The notes: generated by a model from the letters alone, not told the origin. DNA of 64,000 nt from Candidatus Omnitrophota bacterium (GCA_043821445.1 JBDRCT010000029.1:7317-71316), one strand, 5' to 3'. Positions 18,750 to 28,076 are shown, counted from the first letter of the stretch. Program-made: numbers and translations.

Positions 18750-19556
18750 ATGGATGATCCCAAAAAGCTCGTTCGTGGATTGAAAGACATTTCGCCTCTC
18801 TTTGGCGCGGTTTCCGAAGACGTCCCGGTCCGTCGTTCTCCCGAAGTTCAGGTGCTGGGTGTTTCGAGCCCCGACTGCGATGGCGATTCGCTTCTCCTGA
18901 ACACATTCTTTGCATTGCAGATCGCATCCCCGGAGAGAGCCTGTTCTCTTCTCAGCATTCTATCGCGCAAGGCCAGGGTTCCTTCGGGGTCCGGGGATAG
19001 TCTGTCAGAATCGTTTGGGGACCATCTCGTGCGGTATTGTCTTTATTGGGATGAGCTTCATGATCTTGTTAGCGGTCCTTCTTTGCCTCGATCCGAGAGA
19101 GTGCTCCGGAGCCGGGATATTTTCCTGGATTTCGAGTATCGTCACCTACTTCAGTTTGAGAAGGTGATTTCTTTGCTAGATAAATGGGTTCTTTTGTTGA
19201 GACCCACGGCTGAATCCTTGACGGAAGGTTACAAAATGATGAAAGTGGGGCTTGCACTTAACCCGCAACTCGAATTTTACGTCACCTTGTCCGGAAGCGC
19301 GGAGGAGGCTAAAGGGGTGGTAGTCTTCGATCAGTTTTCAAGCTTTGTGTTCACACATCTTGATGCTCATCTTGGATGGTTAGGGTGGATGGATCTTGCG
19401 GATCCTGCGCGACATTTTTCTGCGGCTCTTCACACGGAGCCGTTGAAATATCAGCATTGGAATGCAAAGCCCAGCCTCCAGAAGTACCTGCTGGCTGATT
19501 GGATCGAATCTTTGGAAAGAAAAACGCAGGTTTGTGCTCCGGCCGAGGTGCAATGA
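18750..19556 (+). CDS. MinD/FlhG-like protein with degenerate P-loop (putative pseudo-ATPase)
   Basis: VLGVSSPDCDGDS replaces the Walker A. It retains the LRPTAESLTEGYKMMK segment, homologous to the FlhG/MinD TPEPTSLTDAYALIK. The ORF upstream of ATG 18750 overlaps the previous gene. Confidence 0.5.
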   Translation: MDDPKKLVRGLKDISPLFGAVSEDVPVRRSPEVQVLGVSSPDCDGDSLLLNTFFALQIASPERACSLLSILSRKARVPSGSGDSLSESFGDHLVRYCLYWDELHDLVSGPSLPRSERVLRSRDIFLDFEYRHLLQFEKVISLLDKWVLLLRPTAESLTEGYKMMKVGLALNPQLEFYVTLSGSAEEAKGVVVFDQFSSFVFTHLDAHLGWLGWMDLADPARHFSAALHTEPLKYQHWNAKPSLQKYLLADWIESLERKTQVCAPAEVQ

Positions 19557-20092
19557 TGATCACGATCCAAGAGCGCGTTACCCGGCAGGAGATCTTCCAG
19601 CTGATCCGCCTTTCGATCCAGGAACTTCACGCGGACAAAATAATCCTCGAGGATATGAATGGCACCCCGTTTCTTTTTAAGAGCAAGGATGCACAAGTTT
19701 GGGCGCGTATTTTTTACCGGTCGATGCGGGATTATTCCGTGGAAGAATTACAGCAGGAAATCAAAAAGCTTTGGGTGCTGATGCCTAACGATGCGATACT
19801 CTATCTTTTCTATCCAGAATTGGACCGGCAACAGATCTTCAAGATGAACGGCTTCAGTGATCGCTTGAGCTTTTTTGAGTACGGCGGGCTTTTGAGTGCA
19901 GATCGGGAAAAAGTTGGTGCCCGAATATGCAAATGGATTCCCTCTTCCATGCCTGCCCTCAGCCTGGCCCAAGATGGGGAGATGCTCTCCCGCGTTCATC
20001 TTTCCCCAGGGAGTTTTTTGCAAAGCGCTCGCCTGACATCACAGGAAATCGCAGGTCTCGCCGAATTGTCTTTGGCTTTGCATCGGGTCTGA
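19553..20092 (+). CDS. hypothetical protein, third gene of the ParA cluster
   Basis: 179 aa. ATG 19553 overlaps the upstream TGA (ATGA). No recognisable domain. Confidence 0.4.
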   Translation: MMITIQERVTRQEIFQLIRLSIQELHADKIILEDMNGTPFLFKSKDAQVWARIFYRSMRDYSVEELQQEIKKLWVLMPNDAILYLFYPELDRQQIFKMNGFSDRLSFFEYGGLLSADREKVGARICKWIPSSMPALSLAQDGEMLSRVHLSPGSFLQSARLTSQEIAGLAELSLALHRV

Positions 20093-20427
20093 AACAGCTC
20101 TTCCGGATAATCTCGCGATCTTTTGGGACATTGACGGGCGCTAAGGAACGTGCGTTTTTTTTCAATACGATAGCCGTTGACGTTTTTTGTCCTTTGCGGG
20201 AGAATGCCCCCGAGGTTTGGGATTTTGGGCACGGGCATGCGCTTTAGCAGGTTCAAAAAGAGAGAAGTAAGGAGCCGCCTTATTTTCTCTCAAGAAATAG
20301 TTTCTTCCGTTTTGAAAAAGTGAGGCGCGACGGTCCGGAAGCCCAGATCGCCCAAAGAGCTCGCTTGGATTTCGTGACAGCCTTTTTGATCGCCAATGTT
20401 CGTTTCAACAGGCCGGAAGGGGACATC

Positions 20428-21861
20428 ATGATGACTAAAGTTTGTCGGAGGCTTTCTCTCATTTCCACTCTTTTTTTTCTTCTTCTTTTTTGCGGAAAAG
20501 ACGCTTCCGCCCAGGAAGATCTCAAGAACGAAATCGGGACTGTCCACAGTGAAAGCCGGCTTACAGAAAAGATATCCAAAACCGCCGCCAAGTCGGAAGA
20601 AAAAGAGCGGACGGACAAATACAAGACGGGGATCACCTATGCGGACGTCCTGAAGGAACCCGACAATATCGACCTCAATTTCCGTTACGCGCAGGAGCAG
20701 ATCGTCAAGGGCAGACTTCTAGGCGCCGCGGCGACTTTGGAGCGTATTCTTCTTGTCAATCCGAACCTTGCGGATGTGCGGCTCCTTTACGGAGTCGTGC
20801 TTTACCGGCTGGACAATTTGAATGAGGCTCAGAGGGAGCTGGACGCCCTCAAGGCCGTGCCCCTGCCGGCCAGGATCAAACAGGACGTCAGCCTTTACCT
20901 AAAGAAGATCCAGTCGCGAAAAAGGAGCACCCACGTTTCCGTCCGGGAGTCCCTGGGATGGGGCTATGACACGAACCGTAACGCGTCGCCCTCTTCAAAG
21001 TTTCAGTGGTTTAACGAGGTCCCGCTCGCCACTACCGGCAACAACGTCAGGCGGCCCGACACGAATTTCCTGAACGTTACGACCGTGGACGTGAGCCATA
21101 ATCTGGGGTTCCAGGCCGGTCACTCCGTTTTCGGGTCTTTTACTTATTTCCTGCAGGAACAAACCAACGTGAATTCTCTGGATCTTAGTTCTTTTCAGTA
21201 TGAATTTGGCGGGACCTTCAAGAACAAACACGTCGATTTTACGCCGTCTTTTTATGCCAGCAACGTTCTCCTTTCCAGGGAAGGTTTTTTAAGGACCCAA
21301 GGGGGGAAATTCCTTTTCGAGCGTAACGTCACGAAAAGGCTGGGCGCGTTCTATAGTTTCGGAATCGAACGCCAGGATTACACGAACATTTTCGAGGACA
21401 ACAATGCCTACAACCGCAAAGGGCCCCAGATTGATAATTTTTTGGGGATCAACTATATGCTGCTCCCGACGATGCGATGGACCACGAGCGTCGGTTATTC
21501 CCATAAATTCGCCAAACAGGACTACTACGCTTACGACCACGTTACTCTGAATAACAGCCACACGTGGATCTTGCCGAAGGGGCAGTTTTTGATCAATGCG
21601 ATCAATGCCTATTTCGATAATTACGACGCGCCGGACTTTGCCGTCTCCCCCCGCAACCGCCATGACAAGATCATGAGGTACCGGGTGACGTACGGCGTGC
21701 CGCTCACGACGCTTTTGATCGGAAAGATCCTGCCCGGGCCGCTCAAGGACACGGTCTTTACTTTTTCCTACGAATATTACAGGTCTCTTTCGAATATCAC
21801 GAATTACTCGTATAACGACAGCAAACTCCAGGCGCTTCTCAACTTCCGATGGGAGTACTAG
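20428..21861 (+). CDS. outer-membrane protein: N-terminal TPR-like region + C-terminal beta-barrel (Slam/DUF560-like topology)
   Basis: GGAAGGGGA RBS, then a signal peptide and a TPR-like segment. The C-terminal roughly 350 aa is rich in alternating aromatic/Gly/Asn/Tyr residues and ends …LLNFRWEY, a beta-barrel C-terminal aromatic signature. Confidence 0.55.
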   Translation: MMTKVCRRLSLISTLFFLLLFCGKDASAQEDLKNEIGTVHSESRLTEKISKTAAKSEEKERTDKYKTGITYADVLKEPDNIDLNFRYAQEQIVKGRLLGAAATLERILLVNPNLADVRLLYGVVLYRLDNLNEAQRELDALKAVPLPARIKQDVSLYLKKIQSRKRSTHVSVRESLGWGYDTNRNASPSSKFQWFNEVPLATTGNNVRRPDTNFLNVTTVDVSHNLGFQAGHSVFGSFTYFLQEQTNVNSLDLSSFQYEFGGTFKNKHVDFTPSFYASNVLLSREGFLRTQGGKFLFERNVTKRLGAFYSFGIERQDYTNIFEDNNAYNRKGPQIDNFLGINYMLLPTMRWTTSVGYSHKFAKQDYYAYDHVTLNNSHTWILPKGQFLINAINAYFDNYDAPDFAVSPRNRHDKIMRYRVTYGVPLTTLLIGKILPGPLKDTVFTFSYEYYRSLSNITNYSYNDSKLQALLNFRWEY

Positions 21862-21932
21862 ACCGTGTCAATTTTGAAATTAAGGGTACACGGTAGAGTA
21901 CTGTTTACCCTGCTAAAATTAAATGGAGAACA

Positions 21933-23279
21933 GTGCTAGCCATGAAAAAAACACCATCGTTCTTTGGTATTTTTTTGATGCTTGTTTTCAACGCGTCCGT
22001 TTCTGCCCAAGTCCCGCTTGCGGGGTCGGGAGCCGTTCCGGCGCAGGCGGGTCTTGAGCAGGTCGGGGTCGTGGCCGCCGCCTTCGGCAAGGTCGAGCTT
22101 AAAACGCCCGGCCAAGTCGGCCGCGTCGCCGAAAGCGGGAAGCCAGTCTTCATGGGCGATGAAGTAAAGACCGATGCGAAGGGGCGTTTGCAGATCCTGC
22201 TTCTTGACGAGACGGTTTTTACCGTTGGACCCGATAGCGCGATCGTGATCGATGATTTTGTTTATGACCCCGCGACCGATGAGGGGAAAGTAAGGGCAAG
22301 CGTTACCAAGGGTGTTTTCCGTTATGTTTCCGGGAGGATCGCGGCCAAAAAACCCAATAATGTCGCGATCAAACTCCCTTCGGCCATGATTGGTATCCGA
22401 GGAACGATCGTCGTGGGGCAAGTGGCGGCGCTTACCTCCCTTGCGATACTTATGGGCCCAGGCGAAAATAACGACGCCAGGGCCACAGTAGGAAGTTTTG
22501 TCGTCCAGGGCGAAGGGGCTCATGCAGGGGTGGAGCGAACTGTCAACCGGACGGGCTTCGGCGTTCAGGTGGACCAGACCGGAACGCTTTCCGCCACGTA
22601 CAAAGTTCCCGATGCTGACGTGAGCCGGTTGACTTCAGTTCTGGCCCCGGCGCAAGGATCGACCGAGGACTCCGGGCTGGGCGGCGGGGATTCCGCGACC
22701 AATCTTTCGGGCGAAGGGGGGGTGATCACGGAAGAAAATTCGAATATTTCCGGAGGCGTTACTGAGATTTCCAACAGCCTCGGCGATGATTCAACAAAGG
22801 GCGCCCAAGACACGGCCTCGGGCGCCACCAGCGTCGCGGACGGTATTTCAAAAATAGTGGATCTGGCGCGCATCACGACAGGGATTTTCTATTACTCCGC
22901 CTATGGATCATATCCGGGCGTTGGAGGCTACGCATCCGGACAATTGGAAATTAATTTTGGCACAAGAACGATTGGCAGCGGAAATTCCAATCTTTACGTC
23001 ACCGACGGCACCAACTGGGACGAGACATCGAGCTTCAGCGGCGGCGCAAAGTCTTTTGACCAGGCGGTTGGCGGGGGGCCTAACGCGGTTTACGATTGGA
23101 GCGGCACACCCGGCGACAACGGCGGCACTTTTACGACACTTCAGGTTACGCTTTCCAATGTCGGCGGAGAGGTCGCCCATCATGCAACGGTAGATTATAG
23201 CTACTCACAGGGCGGTACGGGTCCGATTAGTGGTAGCGGTAGCGCCACCGGAGACCGTTATGCGGGGTCCGCCCCCTGA
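21933..23279 (+). CDS. secreted FecR-domain protein with Gly/Ser/Thr-rich C-terminal region (paralog 1)
   Basis: Signal peptide. FecR-like core GDEVKTDAKGRLQILLLDETVFTVGPDSAIVIDDF…IGIRGTIVV. Very GC-rich. Confidence 0.6.
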   Translation: MLAMKKTPSFFGIFLMLVFNASVSAQVPLAGSGAVPAQAGLEQVGVVAAAFGKVELKTPGQVGRVAESGKPVFMGDEVKTDAKGRLQILLLDETVFTVGPDSAIVIDDFVYDPATDEGKVRASVTKGVFRYVSGRIAAKKPNNVAIKLPSAMIGIRGTIVVGQVAALTSLAILMGPGENNDARATVGSFVVQGEGAHAGVERTVNRTGFGVQVDQTGTLSATYKVPDADVSRLTSVLAPAQGSTEDSGLGGGDSATNLSGEGGVITEENSNISGGVTEISNSLGDDSTKGAQDTASGATSVADGISKIVDLARITTGIFYYSAYGSYPGVGGYASGQLEINFGTRTIGSGNSNLYVTDGTNWDETSSFSGGAKSFDQAVGGGPNAVYDWSGTPGDNGGTFTTLQVTLSNVGGEVAHHATVDYSYSQGGTGPISGSGSATGDRYAGSAP

Positions 23280-23369
23280 ACGGGACATTTCCATTCTGAA
23301 ACGGAATCAAAGAAAAGGGGACAGGCAATCAATGAATGCCTGTCCCCTTTACCTTTAAGGAAAATTCTC

Positions 23370-24227
23370 ATGAAAAAAAATATTCTCTGGATTTCCGTTA
23401 CTTTGATCGTTGCACTGATCGGGGCGTGGGGTGTTCTGTCCGCGCAGCCCGCGGGGCCGGCGCAGGCGGGGGTGGCGGGCGCCGTGAGGGGAGAGGTAAA
23501 GGCGGCGCCGGAAAGCGCGGCGGAGCGGCCTCTTAAAAGCGGTGACAAGATTTTTATGGGTGACCGGATCGAAACGGGCAAGGATGGCCAGATGCAGGTC
23601 CTTTTGCTCGATGAGACCGTTTTCACGCTTGGGCCTTCGAGCGCGACGGTCGTGGATGAATTCGTTTACGATCCGGCAACCGATGACGGCAAGGTGCGGG
23701 CCAGTATGCTGAAGGGGATCTTCCGTATCGTCACCGGAAGTGTGGCGCACAAAAAACCGGAGAACATGGAGGTCGCGCTCCCGGCCGGGGTCATTGGCTT
23801 TCGTGGCACGATCGTCGGCGGCATCATTGAAGGTTTGCGGTCGATGGTCGCGCTTCTGGGCCCCGAGCAGGCGGCCGGGCAGATCTACGTGAGCAATACG
23901 GTGAATGGCAAAACGGTCGGCGTGGATATCACGCAAGGCGGATACGGCACGGTCATAGGTGGCGCCGGCATTGCGCCGGTCCCCGCGTTCCACATTCCCG
24001 AGTCAGACCTTAACCGGATTGCGAACGCGGTAGGGCAGTCCATGACTCCCGGCGCGGCGGCCGAAACGACCGGGGAAGACATGACGACGGCCTCGAAAGC
24101 GAGAACGGGCGCTGGTGCGGAGGCTGCGGGAGAGCTCTTCAAGACCACGGATAAGATGGATCAGTATTCGCAGCAGGCCGCTCAGGATAAGGGGAGCAGT
24201 TCGTCGTCAGGCCATAGTTCCAGTTAA
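23370..24227 (+). CDS. secreted FecR-domain protein (paralog 2)
   Basis: Clear paralog of the 21933 protein (…GDRIETGKDGQMQVLLLDETVFTLGPSSATVVDEFVYDPATDDGKVRASM…FRGTIVGG). Confidence 0.6.
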   Translation: MKKNILWISVTLIVALIGAWGVLSAQPAGPAQAGVAGAVRGEVKAAPESAAERPLKSGDKIFMGDRIETGKDGQMQVLLLDETVFTLGPSSATVVDEFVYDPATDDGKVRASMLKGIFRIVTGSVAHKKPENMEVALPAGVIGFRGTIVGGIIEGLRSMVALLGPEQAAGQIYVSNTVNGKTVGVDITQGGYGTVIGGAGIAPVPAFHIPESDLNRIANAVGQSMTPGAAAETTGEDMTTASKARTGAGAEAAGELFKTTDKMDQYSQQAAQDKGSSSSSGHSSS

Positions 24228-26037
24228 AAAGCAGAAATAAAGGCGCCCCTTTATTTTGGAGGTCGCGATGGTGACACCGTCCCAGGATGGGCCCGGCGGA
24301 TCGGCGCGGCAGGATTGAACGCGGGATGCGTAGAGATCGTAAAGTGGCCCCAGTTCAATGTCCGGCAACTTGATCTTCCTGCAGTTTTCAAGCGATTTTT
24401 CGACTTCTTCCCAACGTCCGCTCCGGTAAGAGGCGAGCATCCGTTCTTGTTCCGTTTTGAGTTCCCGGAAGACCGCGCGGTCGTTTAAATCCTTATCTCC
24501 CAAAAGTGCGAAGATATTGACCGGGGTCTTCTTTCCCTTCACACGGATCAGGTCCACTTCCAGGGCCGCATTTCCGGCACTCCTGCCATTGTATTGGCCC
24601 CCAGGATGGTGGTCGTGCCATAATTTTTTGAGGCGCCTTCCAGCCGCGAGGCGAAATTGACGTCATCGCCCAGGACCGTGTAATCGAACCGATGCTCGGA
24701 CCCCATGTTGCCGACGCAAGCCTCGCCGGTATTGATGCCGACACCGCTCTTGATCTCCAGGAACGGTTTGCCTCGCTCCTCAGCCTCCCGCTTCCGGAGT
24801 GCGTTCCACTCCCGCAGGAACTGCTGCATCTCGATTGCCGCGAGACACGCGTGTTTTGCATGGTCCTTGTCCCCGAGCGGAGCGTTCCAGAACGCCATGA
24901 TGCAGTCCCCGATGTGTTTATCGATCGTGCCGCCGTGCTTCAGGATGATATCGGTCATGGGCGTCATGTAATGGTTCATGAATTTTGTGAGTTCCTGGGC
25001 GGTCATGGTCTCGGAAAGGCTCGTGAAACTCCGGATATCCGAAAAAAGAAAGGTCATGGTCCTGGTCTCGCCGCCGAGCTTGAGCTGTTTCGGATCCTTG
25101 ACCGGTTTTGCCACCAAGGCCGGGGAAAGATAACGGCTGAAGGCGCCGCGGATCTGGCTTTTCTCGCACTCGGTACGCAAAAAATTCAGGAATGAGGACA
25201 CAAGATAGATGAGGAAGATCACAAGCGATGGGAACACGGGGTCCGTGAGCAGATGGTGCCGATCAAAGGCGTACCACGAAAGTCCCATGGCGAGCGTCAC
25301 GGCCGTGATGCCGACCGCTGCGCAGAGAACGGCGCCCGCCCGCGGCAAAAGCAGGATCAAAATGAGCCCCAGCAGGACCAGGTAACTGAATTCGGCGCCT
25401 TCGGCCCAGTCCGGCCGTTCGAGGAAGTTTTGAAGAAGGATCTGTTCGGCGATCCCCGCATGGATCTTCACCCCCGGAGCGCGCGGATTGAGCGGCGTTG
25501 AACGGAGATCTTTAAGGCCTGCCGCGCTTGTCCCGATAAAAAGCAGGGTCCCTTCCAGACTCGCAAGGTCAAAATCGTCCGAGAGAACCTTCCAGGCCGG
25601 GAGGTAACGTTCGGGCTGATCGCCCGTATCATAAAGCCAGACCCTGCCGTGTTTGTCCGTGGGAATCGTGAGTTTGCCGATGCGGACCTTCACGATGCCC
25701 GTCCTTTCTCCGAAGGCCCGTTCGCCGCTGCCGCCGCTGAGCTTGATCTTGTAGAGGGTCGCCCCTTGTGCGACCCGCAGGGCTTCCGCTGCCAGGGAAG
25801 GATAAATGGTTTCCCGCAGGTTGAAAAAGAGGGGGAGACGGCGGATGACGTTATCCCGGTCATCCGGCATCGCGATGCTTCCGTTGCCGGCCGCGGCTTT
25901 CTCCAAAACGGGCAGATCGACAACAGCGCCCTCATAAGAAGGGCGAAGGTGGTCGATGGCCTTATCGCCCGCGATGCCGCCGTTCCCGTTCGAAGCCGCG
26001 ATTGCCGTTTCTCGATCAGTCCCGAAGACGGAGCTTG
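24207..26037 (-). pseudogene. CHASE2-domain class III adenylate/guanylate cyclase, 5'-truncated and frameshifted near the 3' end
   Basis: The 452-aa ORF (24548-25906) carries the distal part of CHASE2, TM helices and the cyclase core (FLFSDIRSFTS…GDCIMAFWNAP). The cyclase C-terminus (DLIRVKGKKTPVNIFALLG) continues in another frame in the ORF at 24207-24557. The frame is open upstream to 26037 with no start codon and no N-terminal TM or CHASE2 N-half. Confidence 0.65.
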
Positions 26038-26140
26038 GTCAAAATTTCAATGATCAAGATCATACAAAAAAATCCAACTTAGAACGGTGCCGGGTAAACG
26101 AGGGCCAAACTAATTTAAAAGTGTTAAGAGCACGTCAAGA

Positions 26141-27432
26141 TGTCCGCTTTCCGTAGCACGTGATTTGTCCGCTTTTGGTTTTTGGTTATTTTGAGCTCCT
26201 GGGTTTCTTCGGGTTTGAATTTGGCAATTATGTGCGGTCCGTAGGTGACGGTGATTGATTCATCGAGATGCTCATGGATCGTAACTTTGCATTTAGCAAA
26301 GGAGATTCTGAATTTCGAAGGTTGAATCTAAAGGATCCTGTTGTTCCAGTGTACGGTGTTGTCGCATCCGACGGAACGTTGCTCTTTGATTGAGAAGACG
26401 AGGTCAAGGTTCTTGCCCCGGTGAGGGGTAAAGGCCGTTCCTTTTTGTTCCGGGGGTTTTACGAAAGATGCCCGGTACTGTGGCAGAAAGGTCTCAAGGA
26501 TGTAGCGGTTGGCATCGGGAATGGTCTTGATGCCGTAGAGTTTGAGTTCATTGGGCAAACGACCCTGTCATGTTCCGAAGATCCTTTCGGATCGGCCCCG
26601 TGCTTGAGGGGAATAGGCAGGAATGGGCTCGATGCCGAGCTCGTAGAGAGCTTGTCCGATCTGAGTGAGATTAGAGAGATCGACTTTGGGGCTAGACGGC
26701 AGGGTTCGGAAGAAGTGACTGGCGCGATCCGAATAAAGGAGGCAAAAGACCCCCTTGGACCGGACCACATGGCGTAGAGCGAGCATGCATTCCCTGGAGT
26801 TTTCCTGGGGAACGAGCTTGGCGTAATAGATGTCACCGGTGGCATCATCAGCGACCACGATGAGATCTTGGTGGCCTGGAAGGTTCGGGATCCATGAATG
26901 CGTGGAACCGTCGATATGGAGCATCATTCCCGGGATGGGTTTTCTGGGCCGGCGTTGGTGGTGTTTTGATTTTTTGGAGCGGACCTCGACGTACCCAGCG
27001 CCTTGGAGCAGGTTTTTAACCCAGGTGTATTTATAACCGATGCCGTGCTTGGCGAGTTGTTCATAAAAGTGCCATGTGTTCCAATCTTTGTATTGGTCGC
27101 GGTAGAGCTGAAGAACGCGGCTTCTGACGGGTTCTGGCGCCCTTTTAGGGCTCGGACGCCTGCTTCTGCGGTCGAGAATGCTTTCGTAGCCGCCCAGTTC
27201 GACGGATTCTTTCCAGCGGCGAATGGTGCGTTCGTCAACTTTCAAGATTTCAGCAACCTCTCTCCAGGTTAAGGATTTGTGATAGGCCCTGGTGAAGACA
27301 TCTTGTATTTTCATGATCCGCTCCCATTGAGCCGGGGGATAGAGCATAATCAGCCTCCTGTTCTGAGCTTGAAAAGCTGATTATACGGTCCGGCATAAAA
27401 GCGGACATTTCACGTGCTACGGAAAGCAGACA
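26141..27432 (-). mobile_element. IS element (~1.29 kb) with 36-bp imperfect terminal inverted repeats; ISNCY/IS481-like DDE transposase
   Basis: IRL at 26141-26176 (TGTCCGCTTTCCGTAGCACGTGATTTGTCCGCTTTT) against the reverse complement of IRR at 27397-27432: 33 of 36 positions match. One transposase gene lies between them. Confidence 0.7.
26328..27347 (-). pseudogene. DDE transposase (HTH + rve-like core, HIDGSTHSW motif) interrupted by an in-frame TGA at 26568-26570
   Basis: The ORFs 26568-27347 and 26328-26558 are in the same frame, separated only by the TGA. The joined product reads …RGRSERIFGT*QGRLPNELKLYGIK…, like uninterrupted ISNCY-type transposases (…ER.FGTLQDRL.KELRL.GI…). Confidence 0.65.
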
Positions 27433-27467
27433 ATTCATTAGCTTACGACAGCGTTGGTCACTTCCAT

Positions 27468-27496
27468 TGACAACGCCCCCTAAAACGATAATAATA
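27468..27496 (+). promoter_or_regulatory. putative promoter (TTGACA … TAATAA) upstream of the bactofilin-HTH gene
   Basis: TTGACA at 27468-27473, an AT-rich -10 region about 16-17 nt downstream, and an AAGGAGA RBS at 27528-27534 before ATG 27540. Confidence 0.35.
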
Positions 27497-27539
27497 AGTT
27501 AGCTTCTGTATCCCACAATGCCTCCAAAGGAGAACGACC

Positions 27540-28076
27540 ATGGCCAATAATAAAAAGAAGGAAGATATCCAGGAGAAGATTCTTGACGTTGACGCGAGCA
27601 TGCAGGGCACGATTTCGTTCAAGGATCCCGTGAATTTGCGCATCAACGGAAGTTTTGAGGGCAAGCTTGACACGCGCGGCAATCTCACGATCGGCGAGAA
27701 CGCCAAGGTCAGCGCGAATATTCACGGCGACAATATCGTCATAGCCGGAAAAGTTTCCGGAGATGTCATGGCGACTCAAAGCATTTCCATTCTTGGAACG
27801 GCAACTCTCAAAGGGAACCTTACCACGCCACGCTTGAGCATCGGAGACGGCGCAATCCTTCAAGGACTTGTGAATATGCAAGGCCTGAGCGTTTCAGATG
27901 GATCGGATGTTTTTTTGACTTTAAAGGATGTGGCGCAGTATTTGGAGGTGGAGGCTCGCATTATTGAAGAGTGGGCACATTCCAAAAAGATCCCGGCCCG
28001 TTTTGATAATGGTCACTGGATCTTTACCAAGACCGAGGTGGATCAATGGGTCCAGCGGGAGAGGGCTTCGGTCTAA
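27540..28076 (+). CDS. bactofilin (DUF583) domain fused to a C-terminal excisionase/MerR-type helix-turn-helix DNA-binding domain
   Basis: Residues ~30-125 have a bactofilin beta-helix repeat pattern (NLTIGENAKVSANIHGDNIVIAGKVSGDV…LKGNLTTPRLSIGDGAILQG). The C-terminus LTLKDVAQYLEVEARIIEEWAHSKKIPARFDNGHWIFTKTEVDQWV matches the HTH_17/excisionase signature. Confidence 0.7.
   Translation: MANNKKKEDIQEKILDVDASMQGTISFKDPVNLRINGSFEGKLDTRGNLTIGENAKVSANIHGDNIVIAGKVSGDVMATQSISILGTATLKGNLTTPRLSIGDGAILQGLVNMQGLSVSDGSDVFLTLKDVAQYLEVEARIIEEWAHSKKIPARFDNGHWIFTKTEVDQWVQRERASV

Noticed and set aside
21936-22523. 195-aa minus-strand ORF (and 23355-23993)
   Set aside because: Antisense to the GC-rich FecR-paralog genes. 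The high GC suppresses stops.
24692-25195. 167-aa plus-strand ORF
   Set aside because: Antisense to the cyclase catalytic domain.
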